This document shows positions 38,372-47,656 of a DNA stretch of 64,000 nt, in pieces. A program made the translations under genes and the position numbers. This DNA is from Candidatus Melainabacteria bacterium 17Bon1m (GTDB taxonomy: Bacteria > Cyanobacteriota > Vampirovibrionia > Obscuribacterales > Obscuribacteraceae): positions 96,001-160,000 of the forward strand of contig JAVLKG010000006.1 in assembly GCA_032128875.1 (NCBI GenBank), written 5' to 3'. Position 1 is the first letter of the stretch. Every line of letters begins with the position of its first letter. The notes beneath the pieces were generated by a model, which saw only the letters and a list, made by a program, of their open reading frames with translations, did not search any database and was not told where the DNA came from.

Positions 38372-40564
38372 TCAGTCTTGCTGATCGGACTCTTGATCAT
38401 CTGAAGACGGTGCAGCCAGCGTGAGCTGAGTGTACTGCTCCTGATTTGCATCGCTTTCATGCGCGCTTTGTTCTACGTCTTGTCCGTAAGAAGATGATTC
38501 AAACGGCTTTTCGTAGTTGAAAGCGTTGTTTGTGAAAGCGCTTTGGAATGCACTGTCTTCACTTCCGTTGCTGTGTCCATGGGATTCACCATGGTTATCG
38601 GAAGCCTCATGTTGCTCTTCTTCAGGTTTTGCCTTCGGCTTTAGACGATAGATGCCGGTGATCGGGTCGATTTCCGTTGCCGGTTCTTCCTCGACTTCCT
38701 CTACCACTTGTTCTTGATGAACTTCGTTATGTGAGCCGTGCTGGGATTGATCAGATTCTTCGATCAAAGAATCGGAATGCTCCGTAAGCACGGGTCTTTC
38801 GGCATCAGTATCGATAACGAAGATGGTTTCGGTCTCTTCGTGCTCGGTGTCATCGTCATCTGTGCTTGCATCTGAAGATGAGCTTGATTCGCCCATCTCG
38901 TTAAACACGCGCTCTACGGCAGAAATGCTTTCGTCGAGTTCGTGAAAGGCACTGTCGTCTTCGACGAGACTTTCTTCCACAAGAGAAGAAGGCGGAGCGA
39001 AGTTTTCTGTGTGCAGTTCAACAACTTCTTCGCTGTCAACTACCTCTCCTTCAGATTCATCCTCTTCCTCTATGCGGTTGAACGCACCGTGCTTGAGCGC
39101 TTGTTTGCTGTGTTTGTCATCAAGAAGATCATCGGGCACTTGATCGAGAATTTCTTCAGGAACAAATGGCATGGCGTCTTCGAAGCTCTCTTGCGATTCT
39201 TCCACATCGACGGTCGGAACCACACGTCCGCCCATGGCGGTAGCGGCGCGAAGGACAGAGCCACCTCTGTTTTGTGAATTGCGTCTTTGATTTTGACGGC
39301 TGGATTTTGAAGTGTCTTCTTCGGCAGCGCGGAAGGCAATAACTGTCTTATGCGAGCCGTGTCCGATTTCCAGGGTCGGTGTTACACCGATACCATGGCA
39401 GTGCGTGCAATGCACTGTGAAGAGTTCTCGCAAGCTCTGACCTTGTCTTCTGCGAGTCAGCTCAACCAGACCGAGGTCTGACAATTGTCCGATTTGCGGC
39501 TTGGCGCGGTCTTCTTCCAGCGCGCGCTGGAAATTTTCCAACACTTGCTGCTGGTCTTTGCGGCTGTCCATATCGATGAAGTCGACAATTACCATGCCGC
39601 CGATATTGCGCAGCCTGAGCTGTCTTGAAATCTCTTGAGCGGCTTCCAGGTTGGTGCGTCTTACTGTTTCGGCTTGCGTTCTGGACGAAGTAAATCTTCC
39701 AGAGTTGACGTCGATAACGGTCAAAGCTTCTGTCGGCTGGATATTCAAGTGACCGCCGGAAGGCAGTTCGACGCGGTCGGAAAGCGCCGCTTCGATTTCT
39801 CTGTCGACGCCTTTCGAGACAAGCAAGCTGCTGTCGCCGGAGTGAGCCAACACTTTAGTTTGTCTGCTTGCCCAACCTTCCAGGTATTCGGCTGCACGTC
39901 TTTGTCCGTCCGGCGAATCGACGATGATTTCTTGAACATCGTGCGAGTAGGCATCACGGATGACGCGGTAAAGCAAATCTTGGTCGCGATAGATGAGCGC
40001 CGGGCCGATTGCAGCTTCTGCTTCGGATACAACGGTTTGCCATCTGTCCCAGAGCAACTCGAAATCATCGAACAGCTCGTTCTCGTTTTGTCCTTTGGCT
40101 TCGGTTCTGATTATTAGACCGACGCCTGGTGGTTTCATCAAATTGACTGTTGCTTTGAGGCGCGCTCTTTCTCTGGCTTCCGAGATGCGGCGGGAAATTG
40201 AAACCCCACGCTCTTCAGGAACCAATACTAGGAAGCGTCCTGGCAAACTGATCGCTGTCGAGACGCGCGGTCCTTTGTGACCGGTCGGCTCTTTGGTGAT
40301 TTGAACCAGCAATTTTTGCTTCGGCACCAAACGTTCCTTTAAAGGACCTTGTCCAGGAACATCGTTGGCGTGAAGGAAGCCCATTTTGTCTTTGCCAAGA
40401 TTGACGAAGGCAGCATCGATACCGGGCAGGATGTTTTCCACAACCGCCGTGTAAATATCACCCAGGAGCAGTTCGCCACGATTAACGAAGAATTCCACTA
40501 CTCGTTCGTTTTCGAGAATGGCTCCGATATTGTCGTGTTCTGAAATAACTAGTGACCTTTTCAT
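38372..40564 (-). CDS. rne: Ribonuclease E (Rne/Rng family) with a long acidic C-terminal tail
   Basis: GDIY...VENILPGIDAAFV, KEPTGHKGPR, LPGRFLV, EALTVIDVNSG, LRLRNIGG..VDFIDM, Zn-link CTHCHG. GAGGAG RBS precedes ATG 40564. Confidence 0.95.
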   Translation of the reverse strand: MKRSLVISEHDNIGAILENERVVEFFVNRGELLLGDIYTAVVENILPGIDAAFVNLGKDKMGFLHANDVPGQGPLKERLVPKQKLLVQITKEPTGHKGPRVSTAISLPGRFLVLVPEERGVSISRRISEARERARLKATVNLMKPPGVGLIIRTEAKGQNENELFDDFELLWDRWQTVVSEAEAAIGPALIYRDQDLLYRVIRDAYSHDVQEIIVDSPDGQRRAAEYLEGWASRQTKVLAHSGDSSLLVSKGVDREIEAALSDRVELPSGGHLNIQPTEALTVIDVNSGRFTSSRTQAETVRRTNLEAAQEISRQLRLRNIGGMVIVDFIDMDSRKDQQQVLENFQRALEEDRAKPQIGQLSDLGLVELTRRRQGQSLRELFTVHCTHCHGIGVTPTLEIGHGSHKTVIAFRAAEEDTSKSSRQNQRRNSQNRGGSVLRAATAMGGRVVPTVDVEESQESFEDAMPFVPEEILDQVPDDLLDDKHSKQALKHGAFNRIEEEDESEGEVVDSEEVVELHTENFAPPSSLVEESLVEDDSAFHELDESISAVERVFNEMGESSSSSDASTDDDDTEHEETETIFVIDTDAERPVLTEHSDSLIEESDQSQHGSHNEVHQEQVVEEVEEEPATEIDPITGIYRLKPKAKPEEEQHEASDNHGESHGHSNGSEDSAFQSAFTNNAFNYEKPFESSSYGQDVEQSAHESDANQEQYTQLTLAAPSSDDQESDQQD

Positions 40565-40654
40565 AAGACTCCTCTTTGTCTTGTCTGAAATTTTCGGGGC
40601 GCAGGTGGTGCCAGGCACCGCCTATGGTTTTAAATGTTGGATACCGCCCCGTGT

Positions 40655-43507
40655 TTAAACCTCAAAAAGTGCAGTGTCGCCTTCAGCCCTAAGGCTTTCG
40701 CGAGTAACCCGCCAATTGATGTTGGACGCAAGATGCGCCAAAACATCGCTCGGCTTAACGTGCTGGCTAGGTCCTGTTGCCAGCAAAAGCTCCACATAAG
40801 GCTCCGAATTTTTGGAATTTTCCGAGACTGAGATGGAGATCACTCCCGGACGAATATCTTTCGATTTACCGTCCGCATTGAAGACCGGGAGCGAGTCGGC
40901 GTTTTTAAGCGCCAAAACTCTTTCTTTGAGGAAACTCAAGAGCTTGTCCTTGTCGGTTGGTGCCAGAACCGGTTTCGGTGCAGAACTTGAATTGACATTC
41001 GCTTCGCTTGTCGATGACAAAAGTTGCGAATCTCCATTTTTGTTCGGCACTGATTCAGATTCTTTTGCGCCTTCTTTCAAGGCAATCTCTTGCGATTCCT
41101 CGCAGATACTTTGTGGTAGCGCTCTATAGACGGCGCTTCTGACATATGAATTGAGCGACTTCTTGGTCTTCTCAATCCGTTTTGCACGAGTCACTTGCAC
41201 CTCAGGCGGAAGTTTCTCGTTGAGCAGTCGTTGAAACTCAGACGGCTCCAGGGCATAAACAAGTTCGATTTCTGCAACTTCCCCTTCGCCTTCTTGGAAC
41301 AGCGGAAGCGGGAGTGCCAATTCAATCTTCGGTGATGGGTTGAAACCTTGGGTGTAAGCAACTGCCATCATTGCGCGCCGTGCTGCGCGAGCAAATAAAT
41401 GCTGCAAGTCGAGGTGAGAAATGTATCTCAATTGTCCTGTTTTGTGGAATTCAAAACGCAGGACACAAGCGCTGTCGCTCAATTTCTCTTCCGGCGGCTT
41501 AGTGAAGAAGATCGATGGATGGCTGTCTTCTTGCCCATGGGCAGCCAGCTCTTTGACGAAGGGGTTGCGCTTCATTACTTCCACTTTGGGCGCAGCCAAT
41601 AAGTGTGTGGTTTTTAGCTCGGTGCAAACTCCGCACGCGTGGCAAAGGTTCTCGGTGCATGGAGCTGTCTCTTGAGTAGCGAGCGCTTTTTCCCACTCTT
41701 TCACCAACCACCAGTTGTGCAGACCAATGTGCACTACATCCCAGGGCTGATCGCTGCCGACAACTCTATCTTTGCAGGCCATGTCGATCAGGTTGAGACC
41801 CATCGATTCGGCCACTTCATTCCAGATGTGCGGTTGGAATTTGTCATCCCAGGCATCGAAAGTGCAGCCTTTTTGATATGCCTTGTAAATCATCTCGCCG
41901 ACTTGTCTGTCTCCGCGCGAAATGACCGCTTCCAACAAACTGATTTCAGCATCAGTCAGATTGAGAGTGACATTCTTCATGCGATATTCGCGCATCTTTT
42001 CGCGCAGTACAGCATGCTTGCGTTTGGTTTCTTCCGGTGTGAACTGTCCGAACCACTGGAATGGTGTAAACGGCTTGGGCACGAAGTTTGAAATCGTGCA
42101 GGTAAATTCGATTGCACGTCTGTACTTGGCGCGATCTGTGTTTCTGATCGCATGGCAATGACGTGTTGCTTCGTCCAGAATTTGAATGATGCCTTCGAGG
42201 TCTTCATCGCGCTCGGTCGGCAACCCGCACATAAAGTACAGCTTTATAGACGACCAGCCGGATTGATATGCCGACTCGATTGCATTGAGAATTTGTTCGT
42301 GCGAGAGACCTTTATTGATGACGGCACGCATTCTTTCTGTGCCTGCTTCCGGAGCAAGTGTGATGCCGCTCTTGCGCACCACTTTCAACTCCTCGGCAAT
42401 GTCCAGATTCATTCTATCGGCACGTTGGCTTGGGAATGAAAGAGAGGTGCGGCGCTTCGTATGCTCTTCATTGAGCGCTCTGACCGAATCATGCAGAGAT
42501 GTGTAATCGCTGACGCAAAGCGACAACATCGAGTATTCGTCATTGCCGGAATGATTGAGTGCTTCTTTAGAAAGCCTGAGAAGATCTTCTGTCTTTCTTT
42601 CGCGAACCGGCAAAAACGTATAACCAGGTTGGCAAAAACGGCAGCCACGATCGCAACCACGACGAACTTCCAATACTTCTCTATCGTGAACGAGAGCGAG
42701 ATAAGGAACGAGACCTTGAGTAGGTTGATTGTCATCGGAAAGCGGAACAGTTTGTCGCTTTACTCTTTCAGGAATGCCTTCGATTTTTGGCTGTGGCTGC
42801 GGCGATCCTTCTTTGACTTCATAAAGTGCAGGCACATAAATTCCTGGAACTTCTCTGGCCATCTTCGTCAGCAAGTCCAGTCTCAGTTGCTGCGCATGCT
42901 CTTTGTCGAGCTGTTTGAAATCAAGTCCGTCATTTTCACGCTTGAACTCAGCAATGATTTCCATCACGTGAGGCAGTGAATGTTCGCCATCGCCAATCAG
43001 GAAAAAGTCCATGAAAGACGCGAGTGGCTCTGGATTTACAGCGGACGGGCCGCCGCCGAAAATAAGCGGAAATACTTGCTCTCTTTCTTCTGATCTAATC
43101 GGAATACCGGAGAGATCGAGCAAGTTCAAAACATTGGTATAAGTAAGTTCGTACTGCAGCGAAAAACCGACCAACTCGAAATTGGCGAGCGGCTCACGAG
43201 ATTCCCAGCCGAAGAGCGGAACATGAGCTGCGCGCATCAGCGCTTCCATATCTTCTTGCGGCGCATAGCTGCGGTCGCACATCATGCCTGCTCGGTCATT
43301 GATGATTTGATAGAGAATCTTCAGACCGAAATTGGACATGCCCAATTCGTAGAGGTCCGGGAAGGTAATTGCCAATCGAACCGTGTTGGCATGAAAAGAT
43401 TTTCTGCGGGCGCCCCACTCGTTGCCGAGATACTGCCCCGGTTTGGTTGCTTTTTCCAGCAATTCGTCCAGGCGTGCTGAAATCCGCTCACCGTCGAAGT
43501 TTTTCAC
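40655..43507 (-). CDS. TIGR03960-family B12-binding radical SAM protein fused to a TIGR03936-like (DUF2344) domain
   Basis: KPGQYLGNE, FPDLYELGMSN, RGCDRGCRFCQ (CxxxCxxC), LAPEAG, FVPKPFTPFQW, C..CGVC, then RYISHLDL...Y.QGFNP.P. Confidence 0.92.
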   Translation of the reverse strand: MKNFDGERISARLDELLEKATKPGQYLGNEWGARRKSFHANTVRLAITFPDLYELGMSNFGLKILYQIINDRAGMMCDRSYAPQEDMEALMRAAHVPLFGWESREPLANFELVGFSLQYELTYTNVLNLLDLSGIPIRSEEREQVFPLIFGGGPSAVNPEPLASFMDFFLIGDGEHSLPHVMEIIAEFKRENDGLDFKQLDKEHAQQLRLDLLTKMAREVPGIYVPALYEVKEGSPQPQPKIEGIPERVKRQTVPLSDDNQPTQGLVPYLALVHDREVLEVRRGCDRGCRFCQPGYTFLPVRERKTEDLLRLSKEALNHSGNDEYSMLSLCVSDYTSLHDSVRALNEEHTKRRTSLSFPSQRADRMNLDIAEELKVVRKSGITLAPEAGTERMRAVINKGLSHEQILNAIESAYQSGWSSIKLYFMCGLPTERDEDLEGIIQILDEATRHCHAIRNTDRAKYRRAIEFTCTISNFVPKPFTPFQWFGQFTPEETKRKHAVLREKMREYRMKNVTLNLTDAEISLLEAVISRGDRQVGEMIYKAYQKGCTFDAWDDKFQPHIWNEVAESMGLNLIDMACKDRVVGSDQPWDVVHIGLHNWWLVKEWEKALATQETAPCTENLCHACGVCTELKTTHLLAAPKVEVMKRNPFVKELAAHGQEDSHPSIFFTKPPEEKLSDSACVLRFEFHKTGQLRYISHLDLQHLFARAARRAMMAVAYTQGFNPSPKIELALPLPLFQEGEGEVAEIELVYALEPSEFQRLLNEKLPPEVQVTRAKRIEKTKKSLNSYVRSAVYRALPQSICEESQEIALKEGAKESESVPNKNGDSQLLSSTSEANVNSSSAPKPVLAPTDKDKLLSFLKERVLALKNADSLPVFNADGKSKDIRPGVISISVSENSKNSEPYVELLLATGPSQHVKPSDVLAHLASNINWRVTRESLRAEGDTALFEV

Positions 43508-43624
43508 TTCGTTGGCGATTTCACGCGAAAATTCACGCGGCCGAGTTTTACCCGTTACGGCGTTAACTATGATCCTGCTCCAGATTTTCTGAGTCGTGCA
43601 TCAAAAATTCGATTGGACTTGGTC

Positions 43625-43805
43625 ACAAACAAATAGCGCGCAGCCCGAACTTCATACGGGCACAGCTTATAGCGCTGAGGCTCACTTACTTGAGGTTTTC
43701 GTCGCTCGGTCTGACCCAAGATGACGGGCCTTCCAAAACGGTTGTAATCAACCTGCGTTTTGATATGAGTTTCAAAAAAATCTCTTGAGTCGAGCGACCT
43801 CAAGT
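43625..43805 (-). ncRNA. Candidate structured ncRNA or leader (6S-like rod at 43805-43688 plus a 3' hairpin)
   Basis: Three closing helices, a central bubble and a terminal stem-loop. TATAAT ends 6 nt before the 5' end. A G-U pair works only on the minus strand. Confidence 0.6.
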
Positions 43806-43811
43806 TACCTA

Positions 43812-43817
43812 ATTATA
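43812..43817 (-). promoter_or_regulatory. -10 box TATAAT for the candidate RNA
   Basis: Minus strand agaTATAATtaggtaACTTGAGG. Confidence 0.6.
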
Positions 43818-44191
43818 TCTCTTAAGGGTAGTTCTAGAGAACGGTGGCAAAACTTTAATCCGGAAGTGTCCGATAGTGAGCCATTTCGACGATTCTGCCA
43901 AGGGGTAAAACCTGCTACAGCTGCTTTTGAAGCCTTTGCGCGTGGTGGCCGTTTTGAACAAAACTGATGGAATCCGACTGCGCAGGCTGGTTTTCAGGAG
44001 CCAAAATTTACACCGGTTTGCCAAGTCACGCACTGCGAGCGCAACGACACGGTCCGTTACAATCAATAATCGTTTGAAATTCAACGTTCCGATGTTCATG
44101 AATTAAGGAAACAAACTGCCTCAACCGCTTGTCTTCCTGTGATATAGTCGGTTCATAGGCCGTTAGACAAGACCGGAAAGGACGACCGAAC

Positions 44192-44536
44192 GTGATTCTT
44201 GAGGCGTTCGCCGAATATTTGCATGCATCCGACCAGTCGATTCCAGCGACCGAAGTTTTGTCGCGCTGGATAAAAGAACGGCTCGATGCCCCGGTACTAA
44301 CTAACGTTGACCGCGTGGTGCACTGCGAAATTTCTATCGCTAAAGTTACGAATAAAGCCGACTGCAAAGAACCTGCGGCGAAGCTTGCGTTCAAAGGTAA
44401 TTCGAAGTCCGGACGACTGCTTCTGAAAAGCTTATATGAATACTGTCAGAGCTACGAGCAGCAAAAGTGGGCGCGCTACATCCATAACCTCAAAGCCAGC
44501 GACTTTCGTGCAGGCGAATTGAGAGATTCGAACTAG
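44192..44536 (+). CDS. Conserved-looking hypothetical protein (114 aa)
   Basis: AAAGGA RBS before GTG, TATAGT -10 candidate at about 44143, globular composition ending SYEQQKWARYIHNLKASDF. Confidence 0.75.
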   Translation: MILEAFAEYLHASDQSIPATEVLSRWIKERLDAPVLTNVDRVVHCEISIAKVTNKADCKEPAAKLAFKGNSKSGRLLLKSLYEYCQSYEQQKWARYIHNLKASDFRAGELRDSN

Positions 44537-44572
44537 TTTTCAACATAAACCTCGACCGAAATACCAAAGTGT

Positions 44573-45145
44573 TTATCGTTTTCCGAATGAAGTGACTTTA
44601 CCCTCTGGAACGTAGCGGTCCATGACCACTCGCGTATCTATTTGGTAGTCCCCGTCCGAATCAATGTTCATTCCATCAGGTCCTTGAAAGCCTGGAATGA
44701 AAGTGATTTGCCCATTACGGCGCTGCGAATTTTCGAAATAAAATCGCATGCTTCTTCCATTCAAATCAGAGAATGAACCCTTCGCCTCAATGGCTCCATC
44801 AATTCCATCGTCAAATTCCAACTTGATTTCATTTTCTCCTGATTGCTCACAATTGAAGACAGCATCCGCTTTCCCATCATAATTTCTGTCGATAGAAATT
44901 GTTTCTATCCCGCCGAAAATGTCGTAGTCGATTGTTGCTTGACCATCGGCTTGCCAATCCGAATCACGATCGATCCATATGTGACTTGGAGCGCCTGTCA
45001 GCCAGTTGTAATCGTCGACTTTGTAGTGTGGAACGGCTTTCTGGCTGTCATAAGCGTCATGCAGAAACAGTTCGTCAGAAACGAGTGCTCCGATGATGGC
45101 GGCTTCCTGATTGTTTCTGACGAAATCCAAGTCACTCATGTGCAA
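44573..45145 (-). CDS. Acidic hypothetical protein with DxDxDG-like motifs
   Basis: GGAGG RBS; DRDSDWQAD, DRNYDGKAD, DDGIDG and DSDGDYQID. Confidence 0.65.
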   Translation of the reverse strand: MHMSDLDFVRNNQEAAIIGALVSDELFLHDAYDSQKAVPHYKVDDYNWLTGAPSHIWIDRDSDWQADGQATIDYDIFGGIETISIDRNYDGKADAVFNCEQSGENEIKLEFDDGIDGAIEAKGSFSDLNGRSMRFYFENSQRRNGQITFIPGFQGPDGMNIDSDGDYQIDTRVVMDRYVPEGKVTSFGKR

Positions 45146-45386
45146 ACCTCCGCTTTGAACTTAGTCAATTCGCTTTCATCACCTTATAAGTTCGGTTGGA
45201 CATTGCCGGGACAAAATTCCCACTTGTCGAAGATGCAAGATTGGGCCTTAAACGTTTGTTGCAGACCGGATTTAGGCAGCAGGCGGAGTTTTGGCGTTTT
45301 CGTCGACGTTTGGAACATAACCGCTCGGATTCTGGTCTAGAATACTGTGCGCGCAGAAAATAGCCGCGAAACCGGGGCATTGCTTT

Positions 45387-45878
45387 ATGGCAGTTACAGA
45401 TTACTCAAAAAACTCGACAGCAAGAAGTGGGTGGAAACACACGACTGCACTCGTATTTGCTCTCAGCTGTTCTATTGTTGCTGCAATGGCTGCTGAAAAT
45501 CTGCGTTTAAAAGATGGCGTTTCCTTTGTGCAAGATACCGACAACGGCTTTCCAATTGTCGGCGACAAAATGGATGATGCCAATTTAGAACAAGCGAAGC
45601 CAACTTTGATTTTTTTTGGTGCGGCCGGCGATCTTAATACGAACCGTCAGGCAAAACGGCTCGTAGATTTGTACAAGAAGATTCAAGACAAAGTCAAAGT
45701 GATTGTCATTGATGTTGATCACCCGGCCAATGCGAATGCGCTCAAACTGATTAAGAGCTACTACAAAGGCTACATTCCGCTGAATGTCGTACTCGATAAA
45801 GATGGAAAACTTTCAACAAGCCATTCGGGAGAGATTGACACTGGCGATCTGAAATCAAAGGTTGACCGCGTTCTTTGA
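45387..45878 (+). CDS. Exported thioredoxin-fold protein lacking CxxC
   Basis: KPTLIFFGAAGDLNT in place of F.A.WC..C; VIVIDVD; YIP..VVLDKDG. Confidence 0.7.
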   Translation: MAVTDYSKNSTARSGWKHTTALVFALSCSIVAAMAAENLRLKDGVSFVQDTDNGFPIVGDKMDDANLEQAKPTLIFFGAAGDLNTNRQAKRLVDLYKKIQDKVKVIVIDVDHPANANALKLIKSYYKGYIPLNVVLDKDGKLSTSHSGEIDTGDLKSKVDRVL

Positions 45879-46697
45879 CGCGAGAAACTTCCTTACTATG
45901 TCCTTCGGCAATGAAATGGAACCAGCGGTTGCCGCGTATTCCTTGTAAGGACCGTGGCAGTCAGAGCCGCCGGTTACGATAAGCGAATTGCGCTCGGCAA
46001 ATCGTATGTACTGACGTACTAAATTGACCGAATGCATTCGGTGGAAAGCTTCCACGCCTGCTAGTCCTTGCTTCTTTAGAGCCAGAATATATTCCAGCAT
46101 CTCAGGTGATTTGCCTGGATGAGCAATGGACGCAAAACCGCCGGCGCCATTAATCGCATCAATTGCTTCTTGTGGCGAAACACTTTCCCTTCGAACATAG
46201 AAGGGCGACTCTTTGCAAACATACTTTTCGTACGCTTCCATAAGGTCTTCCGCCATGCCGCATTCGACCATGCATTGCGTGATATGGGCTTTTCCTATAG
46301 AACCCAAGCCAGCCTTATCGCGGAGCATTTGCATGGTGAGCGGGTGACCGGCCGCCTGCAAGTTTTTCACCATCTTTTCGACATGTTCGTTGCGTGCTCG
46401 CCGCTGTCGAGCTAAAACTTCTTGCAACTTCTGATTGGTTTGATCGATGAAATAGCCCAGTATATGGACGTCTTTGTGTGTGCCGTCCGGCTCTCGCCTG
46501 ATCGTGTTGATCTCCACGCCTGGAATGATTTCAATCCTTCCTTGCGCTGCTTCGATGCCTTCATTGATACCATATGTAGTATCGTGATCTGTTATCGACA
46601 TGTGAGTAAGCTTTATTTTTACAGCATGCTCAACCAGCTCCTTGGGAGACCAAGTGCCGTCTGAGTGGTGAGTATGCAGGTGAAAGTCGGCTTGCAT
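45855..46697 (-). CDS. PHP-domain phosphoesterase (TrpH/YciV-like)
   Basis: DFHLHTHHSDG, ITDHDT, PGVEIN, HILGY, AHP and TGGSDCHG. Confidence 0.93.
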   Translation of the reverse strand: MQADFHLHTHHSDGTWSPKELVEHAVKIKLTHMSITDHDTTYGINEGIEAAQGRIEIIPGVEINTIRREPDGTHKDVHILGYFIDQTNQKLQEVLARQRRARNEHVEKMVKNLQAAGHPLTMQMLRDKAGLGSIGKAHITQCMVECGMAEDLMEAYEKYVCKESPFYVRRESVSPQEAIDAINGAGGFASIAHPGKSPEMLEYILALKKQGLAGVEAFHRMHSVNLVRQYIRFAERNSLIVTGGSDCHGPYKEYAATAGSISLPKDIVRKFLASKNAVNL

Positions 46698-46721
46698 TAG
46701 CTGATTGAAAGCAGCGAGCGG

Positions 46722-47558
46722 CTAACCAATCGACATAATTTCTTGAGTCGATTTGGCCGAAAGCTGTGCTGATTCCCTATATTGAACGCGTTCTATTGAA
46801 TTTGCTTTGCCTGTCTTTGAATCTATATTTAGCAAAACACCGCAAAGAAGAGCTGGACCTTCTGCGACTTCAAAGCGCGTCGGCAACTGCTTGATCATGC
46901 GTCTGAACACGCCCGCTTTTTCCATGCCAATGACACCATCCGCCGGACCACATGCACCGGCATCAGTAATATAAGCGGTTCCTTCAGGCAGAATCCGTTC
47001 GTCTGCAGTTTGAATATGCGTGTGCGTTCCCAACACAGCTGACACTCGACCATCCAAATAGAAACCCAGCGCGACCTTTTCGGCTGTAGCTTCAGCATGA
47101 ATGTCGACGATGATGACTTTTGTTTCTTTCTGTAATTCGGGCAGATATTTGTCTGCGGCAAGAAAGGGATTTTCGAGCGGTTCCATAAAAACCCGCCCAA
47201 TCAAATTTAGAATGCCGACTTTCTGATCGGCCACCTCGACAATGCAGTATCCCTTGCCTGGTGTACCGGCCGGATAATTCGCAGGGCGAATCACATTCAC
47301 TTGCTTGTCGATGAATTCGAGTAATTCTTTACGATCAAATGTATGATTTCCGCCAGTGAACGCCTGAACCCCAGCTGTGCGCAGCTCTTCGAGGTTTGCC
47401 TCTGTTGTTCCAAATCCATGCGCAGAGTTCTCTGCATTGGCGATAATCAGGTCAGGCTTACTCGTGAGTCCGGCGAGATAGCGTCTGACGACCTGACGAC
47501 CAGGCTTGCCGATGATATCTCCCAGAAAGAGGATTTGCAGATTGTTGTTCAAAGCCAT
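46722..47558 (-). CDS. ymdB: TIGR00282/YmdB metallophosphoesterase
   Basis: LGDIIGKPGR, NAENSAHGFG, TGGNH, RPANYP, DIHAEATAEK and GTHTHIQTADE. Confidence 0.95.
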   Translation of the reverse strand: MALNNNLQILFLGDIIGKPGRQVVRRYLAGLTSKPDLIIANAENSAHGFGTTEANLEELRTAGVQAFTGGNHTFDRKELLEFIDKQVNVIRPANYPAGTPGKGYCIVEVADQKVGILNLIGRVFMEPLENPFLAADKYLPELQKETKVIIVDIHAEATAEKVALGFYLDGRVSAVLGTHTHIQTADERILPEGTAYITDAGACGPADGVIGMEKAGVFRRMIKQLPTRFEVAEGPALLCGVLLNIDSKTGKANSIERVQYRESAQLSAKSTQEIMSIG

Positions 47559-47656
47559 GACCGTTGCGAAACCTTTTCTTAAGTGAATCTGTTCAAAAAT
47601 ATAGAAACGTTGTACGTCTCCGGACGTCTTTTATACAATACCTTCGAGATCATTAT

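Noticed and set aside
43625-43805. Cobalamin, SAM or T-box riboswitch, or SRP RNA, as the identity of the structured RNA
   Set aside because: I could not find a B12 box, a SAM-I core, a UGGNACC T-box or the SRP GGAA domain IV motif by eye. An Rfam scan is still needed.
43567-44099. Short ORFs in the gap upstream of the radical SAM gene
   Set aside because: Non-ATG or weak starts without RBS; the region is better explained by promoters and RNA structure.
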